Below are positions 21,529 to 31,370 of a stretch of 64,000 nucleotides of DNA, in pieces. Position numbers and translations under genes: made by a program. Below the pieces are notes generated by a model, which saw only the letters and a program-made list of their open reading frames with translations, did no database searches and was not told the origin of the DNA. Numbering within the stretch: position 1 is the first letter of the stretch; each line of letters begins with the position of its first letter. Location of the stretch: positions 1-64,000 of the forward strand of contig CAWJSR010000026.1 of NCBI GenBank assembly GCA_963845515.1. The letters run 5' to 3'. The stretch comes from an uncultured delta proteobacterium (GTDB lineage: Bacteria; Myxococcota; Myxococcia; Myxococcales; Anaeromyxobacteraceae).

Positions 21529-22526
21529 GCCTTGGCTGGATCCGGTGTGGCCGCGCCGTCGTCGGGGCGCCGACCCTTGCGCGGACCGAGGAGCACCTCC
21601 TCGAACCGCCGATCCCCCTCCTCCACGGTGCGTCCGAGCCCCTCGCGCGCAGGCTCCAGGAACGCGATCCCGCGCTGGCGCCCGACCGTGTAGATCGCGA
21701 GCGGCTTCACCTCGAGGTTGTACGCGTCGGGCTCGTCGACCAGCGAGACGGCGAACGCGCTCCGCTGGTCTTCCCGGTGACGCCAGTAGAGGAAGGACTC
21801 ACCCGGCGTGCAGCCAAACCGCTCGGCGGCGCCCGCGAGCAGCTCGCCGAGCCGCTTCTCGGCAGCGCCGCGCGCCCGCCCCGCGGCGTCGGCGTCCGAC
21901 CGCAGCTGCCGCGCCCGCGCGCGCCGCTCCTCCGCCTCCTTGAAGAGCCGCTCCGCCTCGCGGCGAACGACGCGGGTCCGCAGCGAGGTCTCGGCGGCGA
22001 TCAGCGAGCGCGTGAACGCCTTCTCCCAGGTCCCCTCGACTTCCGCCCAGAGGCGCGTGCGGCGCGCGTCCTCCGACTCGTACTCGCCCTGGAGGTGGCT
22101 CCGGGTCCGCTCGGCGTGCTCGAGCGCCGCCCTGGGCTCCGGCCGGCTCGAGCCGGCGGCGGCCTCGCGCGCCAGCTCGACCGCGCGCTCCGCCCCGCCG
22201 AGCCGGTACCAGAGGTCGGACGTGCGAAAGCGCTGATCCTCGTACGCGCCCACGATCTCCAGCGCGCGGTTCTCGAGCGACTGCGCCTCGCCCCCGGTGC
22301 GCGCCGCCGCCTCCTCCGTCTCGCCCGCCGCGGTGAACACGTCGACGGCCGCGCGCTGGGCCAGCTCGGCACGCAGCTCCATCAGCTGCGCCTGCGCGAC
22401 GAGGTCCTCGTCGTGGAGGCGGGCCTCCCGCGCCGTCGAGACGCCGCGCTGGTAGTCGCCCCACCAGGCTGCGAAGGGCTGGCTCTGAATGAGCTCCTGG
22501 AGCTCGCTCAGGCGGATGGCCTTCAC
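21525..22526 (-). CDS. Hypothetical coiled-coil protein
   Basis: E/R/A-rich helical sequence; its stop overlaps the start of the cNMP gene. Confidence 0.7.
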   Translation of the reverse strand: MKAIRLSELQELIQSQPFAAWWGDYQRGVSTAREARLHDEDLVAQAQLMELRAELAQRAAVDVFTAAGETEEAAARTGGEAQSLENRALEIVGAYEDQRFRTSDLWYRLGGAERAVELAREAAAGSSRPEPRAALEHAERTRSHLQGEYESEDARRTRLWAEVEGTWEKAFTRSLIAAETSLRTRVVRREAERLFKEAEERRARARQLRSDADAAGRARGAAEKRLGELLAGAAERFGCTPGESFLYWRHREDQRSAFAVSLVDEPDAYNLEVKPLAIYTVGRQRGIAFLEPAREGLGRTVEEGDRRFEEVLLGPRKGRRPDDGAATPDPAKA

Positions 22527-22527
22527 G

Positions 22528-23862
22528 TCACTGTACCGGCGAGAAGACGAACGGGTACTCCACGGTGACGGGACCAGACGGCTTGAACTGGGTTCGCCAG
22601 CTCCTCATGGTCGCCATGATGCAGTTGGAGACGTCGGCGGCGCCCATGGTGTTGGCGACGGCCTCGAGGTCGGCGAGGCCGCCAGTCTCGAGGATCGTGA
22701 ACCGGATGGCGATCTTCCCCTTCAGGTTCGGGTTCCGCTTCAGCGCGTTCTCGTAGCAGGCCTTGATGAGCCCCATGCGCGCCCTGATGAAGCCGGCGAG
22801 CTTCTGCGAGTCGATCTCGGCCGAGTCGACCTCCGCCTCCTCGGCGGCGACGCTCCCGGTGACCTTGACCTCCGTCTTCGCGCCGTAGGCGACCTGCCCG
22901 CCGCCGGACGTCGCGAGGTTGCCGATCGAGGCCGCGCCGCCCTGACCACCGCCCTTGCGCCCGCCGCCGGCGCCCGGATCGGTGGCGACCGCGACGCCGC
23001 CAGCGCCGGAGAGCGCCGACGCGACGTCGGTCATGCCGCCGCCCGCGCCGAAGACGTCAGCCACCGCGCCACCGCCCGTTCCCGGGCCGAGCGCGCCCAG
23101 CACCTTCAGGATGCCCCTGGACTGGACGGCCTTCGCTACCGCGGCCGCCCTCGCCGCCTTGCGCGCTGCCTGCTGCTCGGTGGACTCGGCGGGCTTCTTG
23201 TCCTCGCTCGCCTTCTTCTCGACGACCTTCTCCTCCTTCTTGCTCCCCTCGTCCTTGGGTGGCTCGGGCGGCTTGGGGAGCTTCTCGGGGATGAGGACCT
23301 TCGCGTAACGGTCCGGGATCTCCTCCAGCGTCACCTCGGGAGGGAGCTGGGTGTTGGCGAGCGCGACGTACGTCCCGCCGTGCACCATGATCGAGAGCGC
23401 GAGGAGCGTGACGAACAGCCGATCCATGCTCTGGAAGTGGTTCCCCCTGGCTTCCTTGGGGAGGTTCGCCTTCGGCGCCTCGGTCGGCTGCGCGACGAAC
23501 TGCCAGAGGAGGTTCACCTCGCCGATGACGACCTTGCCTCGCTGCTCCTCGCGGACCGCGACGACGTACGCCGCCCCCTGCTTCTTCGCGGTCCCCTGCG
23601 AGATCAGGGCGCCGAAGTCGGCCTGCCCGTGCGGGCTCTGGACGTTGCCGTCCATCCCCTCGGCGAAGTGGAGGTGGTACTGGTCGCCGCCGAAGGTCAG
23701 GAGGGTGAAGCTCTCCGGCACGCCGGCGCTCGCGACCACGATGGTGTTCTTCGGTCCCGAGCCGATGGTGATCGGTTGGCGCGGCGGGAGCACGCGCTCC
23801 TCGACGATCTTGCCGCCGATGATCACTCCGACCCTGAGAACCTTGCCGTGCTGTCCCGACAT
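22528..23862 (-). CDS. GltG/PglI-like protein: FHA-like N-terminus, TM helix, TonB_C-like (AgmX/PglI) C-terminus
   Basis: LRVGVIIGGKIVEERV..ITIG; TM FVTLLALSIMVHG; IKACYENALKRNPNLKGKIAIRFTI..G; VEYPFVF. Confidence 0.8.
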   Translation of the reverse strand: MSGQHGKVLRVGVIIGGKIVEERVLPPRQPITIGSGPKNTIVVASAGVPESFTLLTFGGDQYHLHFAEGMDGNVQSPHGQADFGALISQGTAKKQGAAYVVAVREEQRGKVVIGEVNLLWQFVAQPTEAPKANLPKEARGNHFQSMDRLFVTLLALSIMVHGGTYVALANTQLPPEVTLEEIPDRYAKVLIPEKLPKPPEPPKDEGSKKEEKVVEKKASEDKKPAESTEQQAARKAARAAAVAKAVQSRGILKVLGALGPGTGGGAVADVFGAGGGMTDVASALSGAGGVAVATDPGAGGGRKGGGQGGAASIGNLATSGGGQVAYGAKTEVKVTGSVAAEEAEVDSAEIDSQKLAGFIRARMGLIKACYENALKRNPNLKGKIAIRFTILETGGLADLEAVANTMGAADVSNCIMATMRSWRTQFKPSGPVTVEYPFVFSPVQ

Positions 23863-23898
23863 CGCGCTTCACCTGCTCCAGTGGCCGGTCCCACCGGC

Positions 23899-24177
23899 CT
23901 AGAACGGCGCCTTCTCCACCGCCTTCGCAACCTTCTCCAGGAATGGCTCAGACCTGTCGAGCTCACCGAAGTTCAGGTTGGCGCGCGGCATGAGGAACAT
24001 CGCCTGGGGCTTCTGAATCTTTCCCTCCACCTTCATCTCTTCGAGCCGGAGGATCTTACGCGGCACTTCCTTCTTTGCCGCGGCCGTCGTGCGGGGTGCA
24101 AGCTGGGCTCCCGCAGGGACCGCCGTGATCGTTAGCACGGCGGCGAAGAGCGTCACAAGCGCGCGATTCGACTTCAT
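23899..24177 (-). CDS. GltF/CglF-like small secreted protein
   Basis: Signal peptide; LEEMKVEGKIQKPQAMFLMPR..F motif; sits between the GltE-like and GltG-like genes. Confidence 0.75.
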   Translation of the reverse strand: MKSNRALVTLFAAVLTITAVPAGAQLAPRTTAAAKKEVPRKILRLEEMKVEGKIQKPQAMFLMPRANLNFGELDRSEPFLEKVAKAVEKAPF

Positions 24178-26113
24178 TTGTCACCCATTTCCGCACCCGC
24201 CGGAACACCGGCCGGCGGCGCCGGCGACTGCACGGGGTCAGCGGGGCTGGCAGGGGGTTGGGGCTGGTCCGGGGGCGCGACAGCGGGTGCCGGTGCGACG
24301 GCTGGTGTCGCCGGCGCTAGAGCCGCGTCGGGTGGCGCAGGGGCTGGCGCGGGCGCGACAGCGGGGGCCGGTGCGACGGCTGGTGTCGCCGGCGCTAGAG
24401 CCGCGTCGGGCGGCGCAGGGGCTGGCGCGGGCGCGACAGCGGGGGCCGGTGCCGCCGGTGCGGGAGCCGCGTCAGGCGTGACCACGGCGGTCGGGCCAGG
24501 CGCGGGAACCGCCGCTGCGGGCGTGGTCGCGCCGGCCGCCACGGGTGCAGGCGCCGGCTCCGTGGCCGGAGCACCCGGGGGAGGCGTCGGTGCGGGCGCG
24601 GTGGGCGCCGGGATTGCAGCCTTGCGCGCCGCCTCCTCGGCGGCCTTACGGGCGGCCTCCTGGCGGCGGCCGCCGCCGCCTCCTCGGCAGCCTTCTTGGC
24701 GGCCTCCTGGGCGGCGAGCGCCGCCGCCTCCTCGGCAGCCTTCCTCGCGGCCTCCTCGGCGGCCTTCTGCGCCGCCAGCTCCGCCGCCTTGCGGGCCTCC
24801 TCTTCCTTCTTCTTCGCCTCGGCTTCGCGACGCAGCCTGTCCCGCTCCTCGCGAGCGAGCCGCTTCTTCTCGCGATCCATCGCCTTCGCCGCGTCCTTCC
24901 GGTACTCGGCGATCCGAGGCTCGCCGCCGCCCGCCTTCTCGAACTCGTCGAAGAACACGACCGACTTCTCGAGCCGCTGGAGCGTCGGAAGCCCCTCCCG
25001 CTCTCCGTCGAGGTAGAGGACTCCCAGGTTGAAGTGCACGTCGGTCAGGGCGGGATCGAGCTCGATCGCCTTGCGGTAGGCCCCTTCGGACTGATCGAAC
25101 TGCGCCGCGCCGCGGTACGCGTTCCCGAGGTTGAGCCAGACGAAGGGGCTGCCCGGCGCGTACTTCGCCGCCGCCTCGAGCCGGCGCACCGCCTCCTGGT
25201 AGTCCTCGGTGTCCACGAGCATCACGCCGTAGTTGGCGTTGGCCTCAGCGTAGTCGGGCTGGAGCGCCGCCTTCCTGAAGAACTCCATCGCCTGCGGCCG
25301 GTTGCCGGCCGCCAGCTCGACCAGCCCGAGCCGGTTCGCGATGGTCGGGTCGCTGGGATCGACCTGGCTCGCGTTGTCGAGGACCATCCGCGCGAGCTCG
25401 TGCCGCTTGCGACGGGTGTACGCGGTCGACAGGTCGACCATCGCCGCAACGCACCGCTCGTCCGACTTGAGGGCGCGGCGCGCCTCCTGCTCCGCCTCGT
25501 CGAGCTTGCCCGCCGCCAGCAGGACGTCTGCGAGCGCGACGCGGAGTCCGGCGCTCTCCGGCGCCTTCTCCAGCCGCACCTTCAGCTCGCGCTCGGCGAG
25601 GTCGAGCTCCTTCGCACGGATCCAGGTGCGCGCCAGGTTGCGCGGCGCGGGGACGAAGTCGGGGTTCAGCGCGATGGTCCGGTCGTAGGCGCCGCGAGCG
25701 CCCGGCAGGTCGCCGAGCCGCTCCCGCGCGAGGCCGGCGTTCAGCCCGGCCCACGCGAGATCCGGATCGGTGGTCAGGGCGCGATCGAACGCCGCGGCGG
25801 CACCAGCGAGGTCTCCCGCCCCCTCGAGCCGTAGCCCCTCCGCGAACGCGTCGCGCGCCAGGGCCTGCGCGGCAGGGGCGGCTCGCCCGGCGGCCTTCAT
25901 GGGCCCGACCGGCAGCGGCGCCGGGGCCGGCGCGACCTGCTGCGCCGCGACGGAGTCTGCCGGCTGGCCGGGAGCGGGAGCCGCTGGAACCACGGCGGGC
26001 GCCGGCGCCGGCGAGTCCAGTGGCCGGACCGGGACGGGAGAGACGGCGAGGGCGAGCGCCACCAAGGCCGCGCGCCGTGCTCCCCGATGGATCTTTGCGG
26101 TCGTTCCGGTCAC
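24174..26113 (-). CDS. GltE/AglT-like TPR protein with charged-helix and Pro/Ala tail (apparent frameshift ~24665)
   Basis: TPRs, HELARMVLDNA, WLNLGNAYRG, HFNLGVLYLD; tail continues in ORF 24174..24542. Confidence 0.75.
24273..24452. repeat. 78-bp coding tandem repeat, about 2.3 copies (26-aa Pro/Ala unit)
   Basis: gggcgcgacagcggg... recurs at 24273, 24351 and 24429. Confidence 0.9.
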
Positions 26114-26114
26114 C

Positions 26115-27695
26115 TTACAACCTCTTGGCCTGCCGCCTGGCGTCTTCGATCTGCTGCTTCGCCGCCGCGTCGGTCACTCCCTCGACGCGCGCCGCCGCCT
26201 CGAATGCTTCCTTAGCCTTCGGCCTCTGCTTCGAATCGACGAAGAGCTTCCCGCTGCGGTAGAGGGCCTTCGCGACCTCGTTCGGCCGCTCCTTCGCGCA
26301 GCGCGCCTCGCCGCCGAACGCGAGGTACCGCTCCGCCGCCTCCACCGTCTTGTCCTGCACGTCGAGCTCGTAGCCGACGTTCTGCAGGGCGAGGCAGCGG
26401 TTGGGCGCGTCGGGCCAGCGCTCCAGGTACGTACGGTAGTGACGCGCCGAAGCCTCGTGGTCGCCTCGCTTCGAGGCGGCGCCGGCGAGGTACAGCGCCG
26501 CCAGCGGCGCCATCCGCGAGTCCGCGTACGTCCCGACGAGCTTCTCGCGAACCTCGACCGCCTTCTCCGGCCGCCCCGCCTTCTCCCACGCCAACGCCGC
26601 GTTGAAGAGCGCGTTCGAGGCATCCGCGGAGGAGGCGTGGGCGGCCGCGAAGCGCTCGAACCCCTCCGCTGCCTCGACGGGCTTGCCGCCGTCGAGCAGC
26701 CGCTTGGCCACGGCGAAGTCGATCCCCTGCTCCAGCCGGCCGATCTGGTCGCGGAGGCGTGCGAAGGTCTCCTTCGCACGCGGGTCCGAGGCCTTCGCGA
26801 TCTGCGCGTCGAGGATCCCCTTCACGCGAGCCTTCGCCGCCGCGAAGCCGTCGTCGTCCTTGCGCACCAGGAAGGTCTGGAGCAGCAGCTGGACGGCGCT
26901 CTCCATCGCGTCCGCCTCCTCCGGCCAGGCCGCGATGACCTTCTCGAGCCGCCTCTGTGCCTCGCCCATCTCGTCGCTGGCGTAGTAGACCTCGGCCGCG
27001 ATGAGGGCGGCCTGCCAGGGAGGCAGGGCCAGGCTGCGCTCGCCGGGCCGCTTGGCCGCCTCGGGGTGCTTCTCCCAGACGGGCAGGTACGCATCCACTG
27101 CGCTCGCGAAGCGCTTCCACGGCTCCGGCGGCGCCCGCGGCGCGAGCTCGGCGCCCGCGCGCTGCTCCGCCGTCGACAGCTTGATCGGCTCCAGCTCGCC
27201 CGCCTTGATCCGCTGGACCGCGACGCCGCGCCACGCGACGGCGGAGAGCTGCGCCGCCATCGCCCGGGTGACGTCGCTCGCCGCGGCGTCCGCGAGCGCC
27301 TTGTCGGCCTGCGCGGCCGCGAGCTCGTGCTGCTGGGAGAAGAGATAGAACTCCGCGGCCTTGTACCTGAAGGAGATCCGCCACTCGGAGAGCGGGTAGG
27401 TGTCGACGAAGCGGGCGTAGCGTTCGGCCGCGGCCGCGAACTCGGAGCGCGCCTTGTCGAGGTTGCCCTCCTCGACGGCCTTCCGCGCCGCGAGCTGCCG
27501 CCCCTGCGCGTCCTCGACGAGCGCACGCTCGCCCGCGTCGTAGAACCGCGCGGCCACTGGGAGCTTCTCGTCCGCCTGCTTGGCGCGGCCGTCGAACCCC
27601 TGGCCCGTTCCACCGGTCGTGGCGCAGCCTCCCGCCAGGAGCAGGGCCGCGATGGCGCCGAATAGCTGCGGGGACGTCGATCTCACCAGTGTCAC
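26115..27695 (-). CDS. TPR lipoprotein (BamD/YbgF-like repeats)
   Basis: Lipobox LAGGC; repeated FVDTYP/YLERWP and ALFNAA TPR motifs. Confidence 0.8.
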   Translation of the reverse strand: MTLVRSTSPQLFGAIAALLLAGGCATTGGTGQGFDGRAKQADEKLPVAARFYDAGERALVEDAQGRQLAARKAVEEGNLDKARSEFAAAAERYARFVDTYPLSEWRISFRYKAAEFYLFSQQHELAAAQADKALADAAASDVTRAMAAQLSAVAWRGVAVQRIKAGELEPIKLSTAEQRAGAELAPRAPPEPWKRFASAVDAYLPVWEKHPEAAKRPGERSLALPPWQAALIAAEVYYASDEMGEAQRRLEKVIAAWPEEADAMESAVQLLLQTFLVRKDDDGFAAAKARVKGILDAQIAKASDPRAKETFARLRDQIGRLEQGIDFAVAKRLLDGGKPVEAAEGFERFAAAHASSADASNALFNAALAWEKAGRPEKAVEVREKLVGTYADSRMAPLAALYLAGAASKRGDHEASARHYRTYLERWPDAPNRCLALQNVGYELDVQDKTVEAAERYLAFGGEARCAKERPNEVAKALYRSGKLFVDSKQRPKAKEAFEAAARVEGVTDAAAKQQIEDARRQAKRL

Positions 27696-27708
27696 CTCTC
27701 CTGTGGCG

Positions 27709-30700
27709 CTAGCGACGCTTCGCTGGCGCGCGCTTCTTCTTCGGGGCGGCCGCCTTGGCGGACGCCTTCTTCTTCGACGGCGCGGCGGGCTCGGCTACCT
27801 CGGCGGCAGCCTCGGGCGCCGGGCTGGCCGCGGCCTTCTCGGGTTCGGCCGCGGGCGGTGCGTCGCCGGCGACGTCCGGCACGCCCTTGCCGGCGCCGTC
27901 CGCATCTCCCTGGGGGGGCGCGGCTGGGGGCACGGCGGCGGCCGGCGCCGCCTCCGGCGGCAGCGCCTCCTTCCGGACGGAGGGCCCTGCCGGCGTGTCG
28001 GCCCATGCCACGGGCGCTAGATCGTCCGCGAGGAAGCGGGCGCGGGGCTCCTTCAGGACCGGGTACTCCTTGGGCCGGAACCGGGACAGCGACTCGCCGA
28101 TCTTCTTGGTCCACTCGTTCTTCACGTGGAGCTTGCGGGCCGCCTCGATGGCCTGGACGTAGACGCTGACCGCCTGGTCTTCGAAAGGCTGCGCGAACTG
28201 GGCGAGGCCGTCCTGGTAGGCGGCCAGGTACTCCTCCGCCCCCTTCTTCTTGAACTCGGGCGGCGGCGGCGCCTCGTAGATCGTCTGCGCGAGCCGCTCG
28301 AGCAGGTAGGCCTTCCGGTAGAACGCGGCCAGGGTCCAGTCGGGCCGCTTGAACCTCATCACGTCGTCGTACTGCGGCGCGACCTTCTTCGCCTCGGCGA
28401 ACTTGGCGTCGAGCGCCTGCTTGAGCTTCTTCGTGTTGGTCGTCGCAGGCAGCGCGATCTTGTCGTACTTCGCGAAGTCGATCTCGGCGAGCTGGAAGCG
28501 CGCCTCCGCGGCAGCGGCGGCCGCGCGCGGGCTCGCCTCGGCGCGGAGACCACGCGCGGCGAACTCGGCGAGCGTCGCGGCGTACCCGTCGCGCGCCTTC
28601 TTCTCGTCCTTCAGCTCACGCCAGGCCTGGGCGATCTTGAGGTTCGCCTGGACGAGGAGCTCGGTCTCCTTGGTCCTGGAGAAGCGCTTCATGAACTCCT
28701 GGAGCGCCTGGATCTCCCGCTTCCAGTCCTGCGTCTTCTCGTAGATGAGCGCCGCGTGGAACTGGGTGCGGGCCGCGTCCTCGGCGTCTGGGTAGAGCAG
28801 CGCGTACCGCGCGAAGGCGGTCGCCGCCTTCTCGTACCTCTGGAGGTTCTCGAGCGAGCGGGCCGCGTTGTAGAGGGCGTCCTTGCGGTGCTTCGACTTC
28901 GGGTACTGCTCGACGAGCGCGAGGTAGCGGTCGACGGCCTTGTCGAAGTCGTAGGTGTTCTCGGCGTTCCAGGCGACGCGGAACAGCGCCCCGTCCGCCA
29001 GGACCGACGCCGGGTACTCGACGCTGATCCGCTCGTAGAGCCTGAGCGCGCTCTCGAAGCGGCGACCGGCCTCGTAGCAGCTCGCGGCGTTGTAGAGGGC
29101 CTTGTCGGCGAACTCGTGCCTGGGCTCCTCCGCCACGAGCGCGAGGAAGAGCCGCGCCGCGTCGTCCCAGCGCTTCGCCTCCATGGACTGCATGGCGCGG
29201 TTGAAGCGGCCGCCGAGCTTGAACTTCTGCAGGGTGGTGTAGAGCTCCTTGTTCTTCGCGACCTCGGCGGACTGGAGCCGCGTGCTCGCGTCCTCCACCG
29301 CCGCCCAGTCCTTCTGAGTCAGGTAGCTCTCGATGATCAGGTTGGCCGAGAACTGGGCCACGTCGGTGGTCGGGTGGCGCGCCACCACCTGCTCGAAGCG
29401 GCACCGCGCCTCGTCGAAGTCGCCGTACTTGTAGAAGACCTCGGCGGCCTTGTACGCCACCGCCGGCGCCTTCTCGTGCCTCGGCAGGAGCTCGATGAAG
29501 GCGTCGGAGTCGCGGACCAGGTTCCCCCAGGCCGCCGGGACGAGCTCCACCGCCGGTGCGCCCTCCTTGCGATCGGTCGAGAGCAGCACCTTCCGATCCT
29601 CGAGCTTCCCGAGCCGCTGGAGCCTCGTGATCTCGCCCTCCCAGGAGATGACCGCGGAGACGGCGGCCTCGGCGCGGAAGCGATCGTTCGGGAAGTCGCG
29701 CACGCGCGCGTAGACCCGCGCCGCCTGCTCGAAGTCGAGGGCGTTGTAGAGGCAGTCGGCGAACTTGTAGGTGAGCTCGTACGCCTCGCGGGAGTGCGGG
29801 TAGCGCTTGAGGTAGTCGCCGTAGGCCCTGGCGGCGCCGCGGTACTCCGAGACCGCGACCTCGAGGTTCCCCTCCTCCTTGTACTTCTGCGCCTGCGCGT
29901 GGCGGAAGCTCGCGGCGCGGATGAGGCTCTTCTCCGACACCTCGCGCACCTGCGCGAGGAGGTCCGGGTCGCCCTTGTTGCGCTCCCACCACGCGCCGCC
30001 CTCCTCGTAGGCAGCGACGAAGTTCTCGCGCTCGCCAGCCTCGAGGTCGAACCGGCGGTCCTTGCTCCAGGCCTGGACGATCCTGGCGTGCACTCGCGGC
30101 GCGTCGGGCGCGAAGGGATCGAGCGCGAGGACGTGCCGGTACGCCTCGACCGCCTCGACGTACTTCGTCTCCTCGAAGAAGACGTCGCCGAGCCTCGCGA
30201 AGACCTCGCCCTCGTACGGGCGGTGGCCGTTCTCGGCGAAGAACGACTTCGCCTTGTCCACGCCGCCCCAGTTCTCGTCGGCGAAGCTGATGGCTGCGTA
30301 CTGGACCGCCTCTGGCCAGACGTCGCCGCCCGCCTTCTCGCCGGTCGCCTTGGACTTCTCGACGTAGTGATCGAGCAGGTAGACGAAGGCCCGGATCGCC
30401 TCCTCGAACTGGTCCATCCGGTAGTAGGTCCAGCCCAGCTTGTAGATCGCCCTCGAGTAGAGCGGGTGCTCGGGGAAGGCGTAGATGCGGGAGAAGGCGA
30501 CCGCAGCGTTGGAGAGGCTGTCGGCCTCGACCGCGTCGAAGTACCAGTCGCCGAGCCGGACCCACGCCTCGGGGATGAACGGGCTCGCGGGGAAGCGCTG
30601 GATGAGCGTCTGGTAGGCGACGCGCGACTCGTCCCCCTGCCCCATCTCGCCGAGGCAGTATGCGAGCAGGTAGTAGACGCCGTGCGTGAACCGGTAGTCG

Positions 30701-31368
30701 GGGAACTGCGTGATGAGCCGCTGATACAGCGCGATGGAGGGGGCGTAGCTCTTCACCGGCTCCGCGGGGGCGTCACGCCCTTCGGCGGTCGCCCTGCGTG
30801 CCTCCTCCTGGTACTCCACCAGCTGGGCCGCGTGGTCGTCGTTCGCCTTCTCGTAGTAGAGCTCGGCGAGCCGGAACATCGCGTCGGGCCCGAAGGTGGG
30901 ATCGTCCGGGTAGCGTGCGATGAACTCCTCGAACTTCGCGATGGCGTCCTCGCGCTCGTTCCGCTCCAGGACCTCCAGCCCGCCCACGGCCTGCTCGTAG
31001 TTCTCGGCCAGGAAGCCGCGCTTCGCCCCGAACTCCTTCTTGATGAGCTCCTGCGCCTCCTCGCGGAAGTTCCCCGCCTCCTCGGCGTAGCGCTCGATGG
31101 CGATCGCGAAGGCGTCCCACTCGGCGTCGAGCAGGGCGGGAGCGCGAGGCTCCCCCGGCCGGGCGGCGAAGGTCCTGGCGCCCTGGCGGCGCCCCGGATC
31201 CCTGCAGGAGGCGTAGGAGCGGAGATCCGGCGCCGCGGCCTGCGCGACGGGGGCGACCGCGGGCGCGGCCGCGCGGCGCGGACGGCGGCGCGCCGGCGCG
31301 ACGGCGGCCGGCGCACGCGCGGGCGCGAGGACGAGGGCGAGGGCGAGGAGCGCGGCGAAGCGACGCAC
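27709..31368 (-). CDS. GltD/AgmU-like large TPR protein
   Basis: DAMFRLAELYYE, AWVRLGDWYFD, AIYKLGWTYY, ALYNAA repeats; C-terminal LAQFAQPFEDQAV..AIEAARKLHVKNEWT..RFRPKEYP. Confidence 0.75.
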   Translation of the reverse strand: MRRFAALLALALVLAPARAPAAVAPARRRPRRAAAPAVAPVAQAAAPDLRSYASCRDPGRRQGARTFAARPGEPRAPALLDAEWDAFAIAIERYAEEAGNFREEAQELIKKEFGAKRGFLAENYEQAVGGLEVLERNEREDAIAKFEEFIARYPDDPTFGPDAMFRLAELYYEKANDDHAAQLVEYQEEARRATAEGRDAPAEPVKSYAPSIALYQRLITQFPDYRFTHGVYYLLAYCLGEMGQGDESRVAYQTLIQRFPASPFIPEAWVRLGDWYFDAVEADSLSNAAVAFSRIYAFPEHPLYSRAIYKLGWTYYRMDQFEEAIRAFVYLLDHYVEKSKATGEKAGGDVWPEAVQYAAISFADENWGGVDKAKSFFAENGHRPYEGEVFARLGDVFFEETKYVEAVEAYRHVLALDPFAPDAPRVHARIVQAWSKDRRFDLEAGERENFVAAYEEGGAWWERNKGDPDLLAQVREVSEKSLIRAASFRHAQAQKYKEEGNLEVAVSEYRGAARAYGDYLKRYPHSREAYELTYKFADCLYNALDFEQAARVYARVRDFPNDRFRAEAAVSAVISWEGEITRLQRLGKLEDRKVLLSTDRKEGAPAVELVPAAWGNLVRDSDAFIELLPRHEKAPAVAYKAAEVFYKYGDFDEARCRFEQVVARHPTTDVAQFSANLIIESYLTQKDWAAVEDASTRLQSAEVAKNKELYTTLQKFKLGGRFNRAMQSMEAKRWDDAARLFLALVAEEPRHEFADKALYNAASCYEAGRRFESALRLYERISVEYPASVLADGALFRVAWNAENTYDFDKAVDRYLALVEQYPKSKHRKDALYNAARSLENLQRYEKAATAFARYALLYPDAEDAARTQFHAALIYEKTQDWKREIQALQEFMKRFSRTKETELLVQANLKIAQAWRELKDEKKARDGYAATLAEFAARGLRAEASPRAAAAAAEARFQLAEIDFAKYDKIALPATTNTKKLKQALDAKFAEAKKVAPQYDDVMRFKRPDWTLAAFYRKAYLLERLAQTIYEAPPPPEFKKKGAEEYLAAYQDGLAQFAQPFEDQAVSVYVQAIEAARKLHVKNEWTKKIGESLSRFRPKEYPVLKEPRARFLADDLAPVAWADTPAGPSVRKEALPPEAAPAAAVPPAAPPQGDADGAGKGVPDVAGDAPPAAEPEKAAASPAPEAAAEVAEPAAPSKKKASAKAAAPKKKRAPAKRR

Positions 31369-31370
31369 GG

